Positions 15,855-32,635 of a DNA stretch of 64,000 nucleotides are shown here, in pieces. Source of the stretch: the human T2T-CHM13v2.0 reference genome, Homo sapiens; the NCBI RefSeq assembly GCF_009914755.1, contig NC_060936.1. One strand, written 5' to 3'. The translations under genes were made by a program, and so were the position numbers. Positions within the stretch are counted from its first letter, which is position 1. Every line of letters starts with the position of its first letter. The notes beneath the pieces are model-generated. The model was not told the DNA's origin. It saw only the letters and a list, made by a program, of their open reading frames with translations, and did not search any database.

Positions 15855-18800
15855 ACTTCTTGCTGTACTCATGAAAAAGAAAATGTGTACATCATCTAAT
15901 GTAAGAGATTTAATTTTTTAAATGACCAAAATACTAAATACTTGTTATTTGTGATTACCTAACATATCAAACATAACTCATATGTTCTGGGCCATAATTG
16001 CCTGCATTATTATATCATACTTGCCTTGCATCAGTCTCTAAAGTCATTATAAAGATATAATGATGTAAGATTTATAATAAAATATGCCAACCTAAAATTG
16101 TGAGGTAAGCAGTTTACCCCCAACCAAAAAAAAAAAAAGCTGGAAAAATAGAGAACTTTTTTCTCTAAATCCAAAACATAGTTAAGTTTGCCTACTGATC
16201 TTACATGTAGTCCCTAATTTATACACATAGACAAAAAAGTTGAGTATCATGAATTTATATAGCAGTTTAAAACATTTAGAATACATTTTGTCACACACAC
16301 AAATTGTGTTATGAATGAAATTTAGGGTTATGTTAGTTCTCCTGTAGCTGTGATTATATAGGAATACAAACATAACTTTACACTGTCTGTAAATATTGCT
16401 TCACACACACACTGAGTTCCAACTGGAATGGGAGGAGCACACCTTTCCTAAGGCTGAAGTAGTGACAGCAAGAGTCTTCCTATTACCACATACTATGCCG
16501 GATCACTAAAGGGGTGGAGGATCAGAACTGCAGAGGAGAGAGTCCCAAGAATCCCCAGTAACCAGCTTGCAGAATCCGTAAAGGTAGCAGAAGTGATCTC
16601 CAGCACACCCAACTGTAATGAAGAGGATCTTAAGTATCTCTCAAAAGACAGGATAACTTTGAGGAGGATAGTGGTTGGATTGCCCAATTTATGTAGGCTG
16701 CTCACAACAAATCAGACCCAAGTCAGGGCCTGCTTTTCATCATTTAAACATCCATTCATTCACTTCTTCCTTCCTTCATTCAATAAACATTCATTGAGCC
16801 CTTATCATGAGCTCTATGCTCTCTGCTTAAATATGAAGTCTCTCAAGAAATTCTTGCCCTGAAGATCATAATTTAGTGTTTAAGGCAACAATTATAATAA
16901 TTAAACAGAATGACAAGAGCATAGTGGAGGGACATCTGATTTAATCTGAGGAGACGGAGGATTCTCTGGAGGTAAAATTTAAGGTAAGTCTTGAATGAAG
17001 ACAAGTAGAAGTTAGGTACAGGGATTATTCGTGTGATGGGAGGAAGGGAATTTCACCTCAGCACAGAGGCTTATCATGAACGTTCCCCCTTTAAAGCCAA
17101 AATGGGAAATACATCGTTTCATTTCCTATGAGGAAAGTATTGCGTGTTCAGTACTTACTTATTGAAAATTCAAATAACACAATAGAGTATAGACAGTAAA
17201 AAAATCACTGATAATATACCACCATCCCATCCTTCTCACGTTCTTTCCCCCACCACCAAAAGATAGCCACTCTTTGGTAAAGAGGCCTCTAGATTTTTTC
17301 TGTGCATTCATAAAAACAGAATCATATTGATAATAGAGTTTTAACTTTAAAAAAAATTTAACAATACAGCTTAGGGATCTTTCTATAGAAAAGTATATAA
17401 ATCTGTGTCATTTTAAATGATAAAATATCCAAATATCCAAACAAACTAGTGTTGTTTGGATACTTTACAATTATTTTAATTTGTGGACTGTTTTTGCTAC
17501 TATAAAAAACTTCAATGAAAATCTTGGCACAATCATTTTTATTTATTTTGTTCTATTATTTTCTAATAATAAATTACTATAAGTGAAATCACTAATCATA
17601 GGCATGTTTACATGGTACCAAATAAGGACTGTACAGATTTACACTTCTAATAACGGTATGTGAAGACGCCTGCCTGCTCAATCTGATAGGAAAACAAATG
17701 ACATCTTTTTTCTAATTTGATTACTTATTTGGTTCAGTACATTTTTGGCTAGTTGTATTTCTTTTCTCAGCTGCCTGCTCATGTCCTTTGCTTAATTTTA
17801 TATTAAGAAATTGTCTTCTCACTGATGTGTACAAATTCTTTATATTGGGGTATAACCCCTTGTCATGTACGTTGAAATATTTTTCTTAGTCTGTTATTTG
17901 CCTTTCAGCTTTGTTTTATAATGAGGTTTATGGGGCTACACAAATATTTGAATCCAATCTCTTTTTCGTTCATGCTTTTGGTTTTAATGCACTGGTAAGT
18001 ACGAAAGGTCTTCTTAGTAAAGATAATAAAATAAGTTTCCTATATTCTGTTCAAATACTTTCATTATTTTTATAATTTTCGAATAGTTCAGTTTGTTTTT
18101 ATATTTAAAACTGTGATTTTTTTTTTTTTTTAGTCTTTAGGGTAAAGTGAGAATCGAAATTTCTTTTAAATCTTAGTCAACTGCCCCAGCACCAATTGTT
18201 ATATCAAACTCATCCTGTCCATTCTCGACTTCGAGTTTCTTTTATATAGATATTACACTCCTATTTCTATCCATCATCTCTCATTCTTTTCCCCTAACAA
18301 ATCCCATCAAATTATCTCTGTCTTCCTCTTTTGAGCTGCTGATTGTCTTTATAAATCTAGTGATTTTTGCTCCCTGCAGTCTACTCACACCTACAAAAGG
18401 CGGTTTACACTGTTCAGAATCTGTGGCAAGTATAGGCCCATCTGACAAGTAGTTTTGTGTTGGGGGATTCTTCGCTCTAAGCAGTCACCCACCACCCTTC
18501 CCCCTTCAGCACAGAAGATGGCTTCCCCCTCCTGCCCTGGCACACCTCACCAATACTATGGGGTTCTTCGGCTTCTGTGGAAATCATACATACTTCAGCA
18601 TTATTCATATTAGCATTTTCAGAATGTTGTGGGGTTTTCAGCAGAAGGATAGAGCACAGATACATAAGCATAAGCGTCTACACATGTGTCTGTTGGGTGG
18701 TGGTGAGATATGTTCCTGGAAATGAGGGTGCTGAGTTAATGTTACTCTCACTTTCTAGGCAATCACCTGTCCCTTTCTAAATCCCATGGATATAAATCCT

Positions 18801-18949
18801 CCAGCCAGGTTCCTGTATCTACCATTCACACAATTCTTACCATTCACAGACTTTGGACAAGTTTTCATTGCCTTTTATAAAGTAAAATTATTTCTGCCAT
18901 ATCACTAATTGCCTGCTGATCTTTATTTGAGGTTTCTTGGACTATGTAT

Positions 18950-19682
<733 letters not shown>

Positions 19683-22600
19683 TAACCTAAAATGGTTCAA
19701 TGTAACATTACATAATAACAAAAACTGGATGTAGTTAAACTCATTGGTAAGGGCCATTCAAACTAAGAAAAGCTTAGCTCGGTACTTTCAGGCCCACTAG
19801 CTGTCTACACTAATTGATGACAAATATTGAGAAGAAGATATAAATTCACTATGCAGTCAGTATTGTAGTGGATTCATATGCTTATATATTTAGTATAAAA
19901 GTATTGCCATTTAGGAAAAATGGCAGATATGAGGCAGGACTAACTTGAAGCTCCCACTTGGACAGACAGAACAGTGAGTGTATGGAGACTCACATAATGA
20001 ACTTTTGCTCCAAGAACTACTGCAGGAACACACCAAGAAAACGGAAATAATTCACAGACTCTGAAAGAAGCACTTGCCACTGCAAACTCCATGAGACAGC
20101 CAAAATACTGTGAGTGTCCAAAGTGTGAGGGGGGATAATCTGCCTCCAAACACACATCCTCACTGGAGAACCTGAAAATCCAGATCATGGGAGAAGGATT
20201 TAACCTTACCTAGAACTGAAATGGATTTAGAAAGCCGAATGAAATATAAAAGTAGAAGAAGCAGTGGGAAGAGCCCTGTAGGCGCTCCTGGTCTCCAGGG
20301 AAGCCATTTCTGACTTTTATCTCACAGGGGTCCTTGGGGAGAGCTGCCAGTGGAATTGGGGAAGGACCACAGGGAGAAGGAAACTTCTAGCTGAACTTTG
20401 CAATAATTTCCACCAAACACAAATTTTCCTGGGCAGGATCCGGGAACAGGGGATGGGGGGCGGTGGGAAATGGGAAGTACAGACACAAGCACAGAAGCCA
20501 CAGAGGGCAGCGGGGAGGGCAGGGCAGCAAAAGCCCTGTTTACTTTCTTAGCAGGGAGGCTGGTAGCCTGGGGCAAGATCTCAGCCCTACTCACTGGTTG
20601 CCTGGATATAAACTCAGTGCTGTTGGTGATGCATGGTGGGAGTGAGACTTGCCTTGATGGATGTGTAGGAGCTGGGTGAGGCCCATCACTGCTGACTTTC
20701 CCCCACCTCTCTGGCGGCCTGTATGACACAGCAGAGGCAGCCATAATCCCCCTGGGAGCATAATTCCACTGGCCTGAGAAGCATACCCCCATCCCCCAGA
20801 GCAGCCACAGCAACCCCCGCCCAAGGAGAGTCAGAGCCCAGACATGCCTATACCTGCCTCCACCTGATGTTCTTTCTTTACCTACCCTGATAGCCAAAGG
20901 CAAAACACATAATCTCTTGGGAGCTCTATGGCCCCATCCATCACCTGAGAAACCTGAATAATTATCCAGGTTACCTTAGGGCAAGCTTGTATCCTCCCAC
21001 ACTACCGCAGCTGATGCCCTCTTGAAAGCGCCACCTTCTGGCTGAAGGCCAACAAACAGCCAGCATTTGAGAAAACCAGTGCCCTAAACAAAACTACAAC
21101 CAAGAACCCTCACAGAGTCCACTTCATTCCCCTGCTACCTCCACTAGAGCAGGTTCTGGTATCCACAGTTGAGAGCCCTGAAGATGAATTACATCACACG
21201 ACTCTTTGCAGACACTCCGCAGTACCAACCTGGAGCGCAGTAGCTCCACTGGGTGGCTAGACCCAGAAAAGTAATAATAATAACTGCATTCTGGCTCTCA
21301 GGAAGCCTCATCTGTAGGGGAAGGGGGAGAGCCCATCAAGGGATCACCCTGTGGGACAAATGAATCTGAAAAGCAGCCCTTGAGCCCCAGATCTTTCCTC
21401 TCATATAGTTTACCCAAGTGAGTAGGAACCAGAAAAACAATTCTGGTAATATGAAAAGACAAGGTTCTTTAACACCCCCAAAAGATCACACTAGCTCATC
21501 AGCAGTAGATCCAAACCATGAAAAAAATCTCTGAATTGCCACAAAAAGAATTCAGAAGGCCGATTATTAGGCTACTCAAGGAGTCATCAGAGAAAGGTGA
21601 AAACCAACTTAAAGAAATTGTAAAAATGATACAGGCGATGGATAAAAAAATCTCCAGAGAAATAGATAGCATAAATAAAAAACAATCACAACTTCTGGAA
21701 AAGAAAGACACACTTAGAGAAATGCAAAATACACTGGGAAGTTTTCAACAATGGACCTAAACAAATAGAAGAAAGAACTTCAAAGCTTGAAGACAAGGCT
21801 TTTGAATTAACCCAACCCAACAAAGAAAAAGAAAAAAGAATTTTAAAAAATGAACAAAGCCTCCAAGAAGTCTGGGATTATGTAAACAACCAAATCAAAG
21901 AATAACTGGTGTTCCCAAGGAAGAAGAGAAATCTAAAAGCTCAGAAAATATATTTGAAAGAATAATCAAGGAAAACTTCCCTGGTTTTTGCCAGAAATCT
22001 AGATATCCAAACACAAGAAGCTCAAATAATGCCTGGGAAATTTATCGTAAAAAGATAATCACCTAGGCACACAGTCATCAGGTTATCTAAATTCAAGACA
22101 AAGGAAAAAGTCTTAAGAAATGTGAGGCAAAAGATTAAAAGCAGATTTCTCAGCAGAAACCTTACATGCTAGAAGGGATTGGGGTCCTATCTTTAGCCTC
22201 CTTAAACAAAATAATTATCAGCCAAGAATTTTGTATCCAGCAAAACTAAGCTTCATAAATGAAGGAAAGATAAAGTCTTTTTCAGACAAACAAATGCTAA
22301 GAGAATTTACCACTAAGTCAGCACTACAAGAATTGCTAAAAGGAGTTATAAATCTTGAAACAAAACCTCAAAATATACCAAAACAGAACCCCCCTAAATC
22401 ATAAATCTCACAGGGCCTATAAAACAATAACACAACATAAAAACAAAACAAAAAAATAATATATTTAGGCAACAACTAGCACAATGAATAGAATAGTACC
22501 TCACATCTCAATACTAACATTGGATGTAAATGGCCTAAATGCTCCACTTAAAAGATACAGAACCACAGAATGGATAAGAATTCACCAACCAAGAACCTGT

Positions 22601-23146
22601 TGTCTCCAAGAGACTCATCTAACACATAGAGTCACATAAACTTAAAGTAAAGAGGTGGAAAAAGACATTCCATGCAAATGGACACCAAAAGCAAGCAGGA
22701 GTAGCTATTCTTACATCAGATAAAACAGACTATAAACAACAGTAGTTTAAAAAGACAAAGAGGGACACTACATAATGATAAAAGGTCTAGTCCAACAGGA
22801 AAATATTACATTCCTAAATATATATGCACTTAACACTGGAGTTCCCAAATTTATAAAACAATTACTACTAGACCTAAGAAATGAGATAGATGGCAACACA
22901 ATAATAGTGTGGGACTCCAATACTTCAACACTGACAGCACTAGACAGGTCATCAAGACAGAAAATGGAAAAAAAAAAACAAAACAAAACTATACCCTAGA
23001 ACAAATGGACTTAACAGATATTTACACAACACTCTACTCAACCACTGCAGAATATACATTCTATTATTCATCAGCTCAAGGAACATTATCCAAGATATAC
23101 CATATGAGAGGACACAAAACAAGTCTCAATAAATTTAAGAAAATTG

Positions 23147-23474
<328 letters not shown>

Positions 23475-24472
23475 TCAGACCACAGGGAATAAAATTGGAA
23501 ATCAACTTTAAAAGGAACCCTCAAAACCATGCAAATAAATGAAAATTAAATAATCTGCTCCTAAACAATCATTGGGTCAACAATAAAATCAAGATGGAAA
23601 TTTAAAAATTCTTTGAACTGAACAATAATAGTGACAAAACCTATCAAAACCTCTGGGATACAGCAAAAGTGATGCTAAGAGGAAAATTCATGGTATTAAA
23701 TACCTAAATCAAAAACTCTGAAAGAGCACAAATAGAAAATCTGAAGACACACCTCAAGGAACTAGAGAAAGAACAAACCAAACCCAAAGAAAGCAGAAGA
23801 AAAGAAATAGCTAAGATCAGAGCAGAACTAAATGAAATTGAAACAAAAAAAAAAAATACAAAAGATAAATGAAATAAAAATCTGGTTTTTTGAAAAGACA
23901 AACAAAATTGACAGACCATTAGCGAGATTAACCAAGAAAAGAAGAGAGAAGATTCAAATAAACTCAATTAGAAACAAAATGAGAGATACTACAACTGATA
24001 GCACAGAAATACAAAAGATCATTCAAGGCTACTATGAACACCTTTATGCACACAAACCAGAAAACTTAAAGGAGATGAATAGATTCCTGGAAATATACAA
24101 CTCTCCCAGATTAAAACAGAAATAAATAGAAGCTCTGAACAGATCAATGGCAAGCAGCAAGACTGAAATGGTAATTAAAAAAAAATTACCAATAAAAAAA
24201 AAGTCCAGAACCAGATGGATTCACAGCTGAATTCTATCAGGCATTCAAAGAAAAATTGATACCAATCCTATTGACACTATTCCAAAAGGTAGAGAAAGAG
24301 GGAATCCTTCCTAAATCGTTCCACGGAGCCAGTATCACCCTAATACCAAAACCAGGAAAGGGTATAACAAGAAAGGAAACTACAGACCAATATCCCTGAT
24401 GAACATAGATGTAAAAATCCTCAACAAAATATTAGCTAACCGAATCCAACAGCATATCAAAAAGATAATTCA

Positions 24473-24829
24473 TGCAGCCATAAAAAAGGATGAGTTCCTA
24501 TCCTTTGCAGGGGACATGGATGAAGCTGGAAACCATCATTCTCAGCAAACTAACACAAGAACAGAAAACCAAACACTGCATGTTCTCACTCATAAGTGTG
24601 AGTTGAACAATGAGAAGCCATGGACACAGGGAGGGGAACATCACACACTAGGGCCTGTCGGGGGATGGGGTGATAGGGGAAGGATAGCATTAGGAGAAAT
24701 ACCTAATGTAGATGACAGGTTGATGGGTACAGCAAACCACCATGGCACGTGTATACCTATGCAACAAACCTGCACGTTCTGCACAGGTATCCCAGAACTT
24801 AAAGTATATAATAATAAATACATTTTTTA
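24473..24829 (+). mobile_element. Short 3' end of a younger L1PA nested in L1PB ORF2
   Basis: L1PA 3'UTR; TSD aaaaagataattca at 24459-24472 and 24830-24843. Confidence 0.88.
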
Positions 24830-26512
24830 AAAAAGATAATTCACCATGATCAAGTGGGTTTCATACCATGGATGCAGGAATGGTTTAACATGTGGAAGTC
24901 AATAAATGTGATATACCACATAGAATTAAAAACAAAGCATCTGACAAAATCCAGCATCTCTTTATGATTACAACTCTCAGCAAAATCGGCATAGAAGGGA
25001 AATGCCTTAAGTTAATAAAAGCCATCTATGACAAACTCACAGCCAACATTATACTGAATAGGGAAACATTGAAAGCATTACCCCTGAGAACTGGAACAAG
25101 ACAAGGATGCCCCCTTTCACAACTTCTATTCAACATAGTACTGGAAGTCCTAGCCAGAGCAATCAGACAAGATAAAAAAACGAAGGGCATCCAAATCAGT
25201 AAAGAAGAAGTCAAACTCTCATTGTTTGCTGATGATATGACTGTACACCTAGAAAACCCTAAAGACTCATCCTAAAAGCTCCTAGATATGATAAATGAAT
25301 TCAGTAAAGTTTCAGCATACAAAATCAATGTACACAAATCAGTAGCACTGCTATATACCAACAGTGACCAAGCTGAGAATCAAATCAAGAACTCAGCCCC
25401 TTTTACAGTAGTTGCAAAAATAAATAAATAAATAAATAAATAAAATACTTAGGAATACACCTAACCAAGGAGCTGAAAGACCTCTACAAGGAAAACTGCA
25501 AAACACTGCTGAAAGAAATCACAGATGTCACAAACAAATGGAAATACATCCCATGCTCATGGATGGGTAGAATCATATTGTGAAAATGACCATACTGCCA
25601 AAAGCAATCTACAAATTCAATGCAATTCCCATCAAAATACCATCATCATTCTTCATGGAACTAGAAAAAAAAAATCCTAAAATTCATATGAAACCAAAAA
25701 AGAGCCCACATAGCCAAACCAAGCTAAGCAAAAAGAACAAATCTGGAGGCATTGCATTACCTGACTTCAAACTATACTATTAAGCTATAGTCACCAAAAC
25801 AGCATGGTACTGGTATAAAAATAGGCATATAGACCAATGGAACAGAATAGAGAACCTGGAAATAAAGGCAAATACTTACAGTCAACTGATCTTTGACAAA
25901 GCAAACAAAAACATAAAGTGGGGGAAAGGACACCCGATTCAACAAATGGTGCTGGAATAATGGGCAAGCCATGTATAGAAGAATGAAACTGAATCCTCAT
26001 CTCTCACCTTATACAAAAATCAACTCAAAATGAATCAAAGACTTAAATCTAAGACCTGAAACCATAAAAATTATAGAAAATAACATTGGAACAACCCTTC
26101 TAGACATTGGCTTAGGCAAAGACTTCATGAAAAAGAGCCCAAAAGCAAATGCAACAACAACAATGATAAATAGATGATACCTAAACTAAAAAGCTTCTGC
26201 ATAGCAAAAGAAATAATCAGCAGAGTAAACAGACAACCCACAGAGTGGGAGAAAATCTTCACAAACTATGCACCTAACAAAGATTATTAGATGCAGAATA
26301 TCCACAATCTATAAGGAACTCAAACAAATCAGCAAGAAAATAATAATCCCATCAAAAAGTGGGCTAAGGACCTGAATAGACAATTCTCAAAAGAAGATAT
26401 ACAAATCGCCAAGAAACATAAGAAAAAATGCTCAACATTACTAATTATTAAGGACATCCAAATCAAAACCACAATGTGATACTACCTCACTCCTGCAAAA
26501 ATGGCCATAATT

Positions 26513-26826
<314 letters not shown>

Positions 26827-28159
26827 TCAAAAAATAATAGATGTTTGAGTGGATGGGGTGAAAAGAGAACACTTTTACACTGATGGTGGGAATGTAAACT
26901 AACACATTCCTGAAAAAACTAAAGGTAGATCTACCATTTGATCCAGCAATCCCAGTACTGGGTATCTGCCCAGAGGAAAATAAGTCATATGAAAAGGACA
27001 CTTGCACATGCATGTTTATAGCAGGACAATTTGCAATTGCAAAAACATGGAACCAGCCCAAATGCCCAGCAATCAACAAGTGGATAAAGAAAATGAGGTA
27101 TATGTGTACCATGGAATACCACTCAGCCATAAAAGAGAATGAAATAATGGCATTTGCAGCAACCTGGATGGAACTGGAGACCATTATTGTAAGTGAAGTA
27201 ACCCAGGAATAGAAAACCAAACATCACATATTCTCACTTATAAGTGGGAGCTAAGCTATGAGGATGCAAATGCATAAGAATGATACAATGGACTTTGGGG
27301 ACTCAAGGGAAGGGTGGGAGGGGGATGAGGGATAAAAGACTACACAATGGGTAGTGTCCACTGCTCGGGTAATGGGTGCACCAAAATCTTAGAAATCACC
27401 ACTAAAGAACTTATCCATGTAACCAAATGCCACCTGTTCCCCAAAAACCTTTTGAAATAAAAAAAAACAAAACTACTGCCAAAATTAACAGAACTATAAT
27501 GAATTACTACATGAGGCCACTTTGAGATAGATGCATAAGAAAAAAATGCTTTAGCCATGTAAATGCAAGTAATAGTTCAAATTTTATGGTTCCAAATTAT
27601 TATTTCACAATTTTAAAATCAATAATGTGAAATTCTTATGTAAAATACTGATAGGTTCTTTGTTTTCAGGAATATAAAATCACAAATCCTCCCTAACTTT
27701 ATTTTAGGTTAATCGGGTTTAATTTTGTATTTTACTCCATATTGAAACAATGTTAAGTCCAAGACCTATTTACCCATTCTATTTTTTTCCCCCTTGGAAA
27801 TGAGTTTGTCATGTCTAATCACATCTTATTAGCTAAGTCACATGGTCATGCCTAGCTGCAACATGGAAAGGAGTATAATCCTTCCATATTCCAGGAAAGG
27901 GAAGAGAACTGGAAATACTATTGTCTCTAGTAAAGCTTCTAAACTATCTGAGAGTTCACATGAAATTTTTATTTTAAAAACTATCTTATTGCCCAAAAAA
28001 CATTTAAACAAAAATGACAAATTTTTAAAGAGGAATAAATCATTTCCCTCCTCTCTAAAATATGAGCTATGCACAGATTTCTGGGTTCTCATTTCCTTAT
28101 GCCTTTAAAATTTTCACGTGCTTGTCATTAGAGTCTAAATACAATTTTTTTATACTTAG

Positions 28160-28479
<320 letters not shown>

Positions 28480-29320
28480 TATAATTTTTGATACCAGTGT
28501 AATATTTTAAATTGAATTCTTAATAAATCACGTGTTCTTAGAGTATCTAATAATTCCTATTCTGATTTTAAATTTGTATTCAATCTAATCCTTAATCCTT
28601 TCCTGTGTTTAAAGAAAATAAATCAATAAACCAATACATTTCATGTCTTAAGCACTTGTCAGAAAACTTGAGATATTTTGGTCCCTCATAACATGCAAAT
28701 AGGCTATTAAACAAAGAATCTGCTTAGCTCTGAGAAAGTATTACTAAATTCTTAAGAGACATTTTTTCTAACATAAATAAGTAGCTTGACAATCTTGCCA
28801 ACAGAAAAAAGAGAAGAAGCTAACTAAAGGAATATGATTATTAAATTGGTCAAAAGCTATCTCTAAAGATGTCAAATTTTCAGAGAAGAGTGTAATATTT
28901 TAAGAAAATTAATTTTTACTTTATAAAATTATTTCTTACAAAACCAAAAACTGAGGAAGTAACAGGGTAATATAAGATTATTTACTGTAAGTTTCCATTT
29001 AATGGCAAGTTCCCTTGAATTTGAAATATATAATAAATATACAAAAATTAAATGGCATCAAAGCTGCCCAGTTGTGCACCTAATATAAAAATAAGCAATT
29101 CCTGTGCTGAACTTTAGGATGTTGAAGCTAGTGGCTCAACTATTAATTGACTATTAATGGAAGGCAAGAAAAAGATACATATTAAAAATTGAGGCACTGG
29201 CAAGAAAGTGGCTCCCAGACAATTTCCAGTTGTTTAGGAAAAATCTTGAGAACACTTTAAGGGAATCTAATAACGCATGCTGCATGAATAAAAAAATGTG
29301 TATATTTAAATGTGTCCTAC

Positions 29321-29633
29321 CATTTTCACTTCAATATCACCTTGTTCCTCCTCAACTTTTATTTCTTCCTCCTGAATTAAGTGAGACCCTCTTTCTTGTT
29401 GTTTGGACTCTTCTTCGACCTCCTTGCTGATTGCTTTTTCTACATTCTTAACATCATCTTTGACAAGCTCAGTTACTGCAGAAGTGTATTCTTTTGATGG
29501 TGTTGAAACAGGGTGCAGTGCAGAAACATGATCATAGTGGGTATGCAGGAGTCGTACAGCAATGTCACTTGTTGCTAATATCCTTGGAATCTCAAATCCA
29601 ATTTGTGTTTCAGAGAATCTAACACTTCTGTGC
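29321..29633 (-). CDS. DNAI7: DNAI7 coding exon (313 nt): (R)HRSVRFSETQIGFEIPRILATSDIAVRLLHTHYDH...EEEQGDIEVKM
   Basis: ttaacag|GCACAGA...AAAATG|gtagga; 1 nt plus 104 open codons with an acidic C-terminal half. Confidence 0.95.
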
Positions 29634-30897
29634 CTGTTAATAATTAATTACAACAAAAAAAGATGAGACCCTAGGAAACTCTAGATCTGTGTCAAATTTA
29701 TACCTAAGCAGTATTTCTCTTCACTTTAATTTTGTTCCAATTTTGACTCTGATCATATGTGCTTTCTTTGCAGCATTTGGACCCAGTTGCTGATGCTATC
29801 CTTCTCAAAACAGTTTATTGGGATCCATAACCCCACAGTCTTCTCCATCTCTGGAAGTTCCTTCTGTCTCCTCTATATGGCCTTCTTCCTAACCATCCCT
29901 TCAATGTTGATATTACTCAGTGCTCCATGCTAAGCCCTTTTTCTCCTCTCCCTCAACATACACTCTCTGGATATTTTTACTTCTGTGGCCTGAATTACTA
30001 TCTATACTATCAGAGGTTTGTAATATGAGCTTTATTTTTCCTAGGTTTGGGTAGGAGTATGATGCATCTCTGAATGGACTTTAAGAGGTCTAAAAATGCC
30101 CTTCCACAAGTGCAAGCATCTGTAATTACTTGACATTCGGAAGAATCTATGACTCCCAAAAAGTGAAGAACCATTGGTCTATATGTTGATGACTCCTCAA
30201 AATATACTACACCTCAGATTTCTCTCAGTGCCTTCAGCCAGTTGCACTTTGATATCTTGTAAGTACTTCAAACTCAGCCAGTTGAGCACAGAACTCATCA
30301 TCCTTACAACCCCCACCCCAATCACCATCAAAGTGAAACTTGTTCTGCCTGCACTATTCCTTATCTCGTAAAAGACACCACCTAATTCTCTTCTTAAACC
30401 TGGGTAGTCAGTACAGAGCTATTCATTTTATTTTTATTCTTTTAAAACTATAAAGAGTTATTTCCTTAACTTTTCTGTACTTGACATATTTTACAATGAG
30501 AAAGGTTACTATATTGTCTCTGATTAGATGTAAACCAAAAAGTTGGTTTTTTTGTTTTTCATAGCAAATGGAAGGAACTTAGGAAATATTTTTTTCTTCC
30601 CTTTTACTAACTATCAAAAATAAAGTCTAGTTTTTTTTAAATGTCACATAGCTAGTCTTTTCAGAGGTAGGACCAGAACCTAGGCCTCCTAATTTTTATT
30701 CTGGTAATTTTTCTCTAAAACTCACTGCTATACTAATGCAAGTAACTTAAAATGTTTAAAGATCAAGCAGCAACCAAGCACTCATGAATTTGCCATCGTC
30801 ACTGTCATTCCTCAGAAAGATGTTTCTTTGTTGAAAACTATTGGGGAAATAGCACTAAAATGTCCAAGAAATACACATATGAAAACCTATTATGTTT

Positions 30898-31580
<683 letters not shown>

Positions 31581-31961
31581 GCACCTACCACTTCTACTTT
31601 TTTGGAGGGCAGAGGAGTTAAGTGGGTAAAGAGAAGAGGAAGACCTGGTATTTAATGAGTGTATATTTGTAATAAACACTATGCTATAACTATGCTATAA
31701 CACATGCACTAATGTTTAATCTTCAATCCAATCCTATTAAGTGACACAATCATCATTTTACTGATGATATACTGAAGCTCAACAAAGTAACTTGTGTAAG
31801 AAAATGGCGGGTTTCTGATTCAACCCTTAGTGGGCTAACTTCCTGAAATGGGCTTTTCCAAACACACCATGCTGCTATGCAATAGGCATCTATCTGGCAA
31901 TCATGATGTGGCTCAATGTCTTTCTTTCCACCTACAGGGAAAGTATTACCCACAAGGGTAC

Positions 31962-32065
31962 CTTGGATTCTTCTTGAGGTTTGCCCACACATACAGAGTA
32001 ACATTTTCATCTTTAATGACTTTTTCCATATTTCCACTGTCCAGATCTGCCAAAGTACTAGCTTG
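31962..32065 (-). CDS. DNAI7: DNAI7 coding exon (104 nt): QASTLADLDSGNMEKVIKDENVTLYVWANLKKNP(R)
   Basis: ctcttacag|CAAGCT...CCAAG|gtaccc; the phase-2 end is completed by the first G of the next exon. Confidence 0.94.
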
Positions 32066-32329
32066 CTGTAAGAGAAAAAGAAAACATTATAAAGGGCCAC
32101 AGGCCTCATAAATTATACAAATTAGATAAGTTACTTTATCACTTATGTGTTGGATTCCCTTTATTAATCACCTAAGAGAGTAACTTGGGTAAAAATAAGG
32201 TTCAATCAACATGACAAAGAATTGTTTAAAAAAATTCTCTAAAAATGCAAACATATTTACTTACTTAAATATGCATCTCCTTTTTCCATTCAGTTTCTCC
32301 TAAGGTGTCTAAGAATTAAAGTTGCTCTT

Positions 32330-32635
<306 letters not shown>

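Noticed and set aside
16440-16720. GC-richer unique segment with short ORFs on both strands
   Set aside because: Not needed for the DNAI7 frame; no convincing splice-site pair or recognisable homology.
20322-20903. 193-aa antisense ORF in the L1 5'UTR (ORF0-like?)
   Set aside because: No similarity to L1PA ORF0 that I can recognise; a GC-rich UTR is often open by chance.
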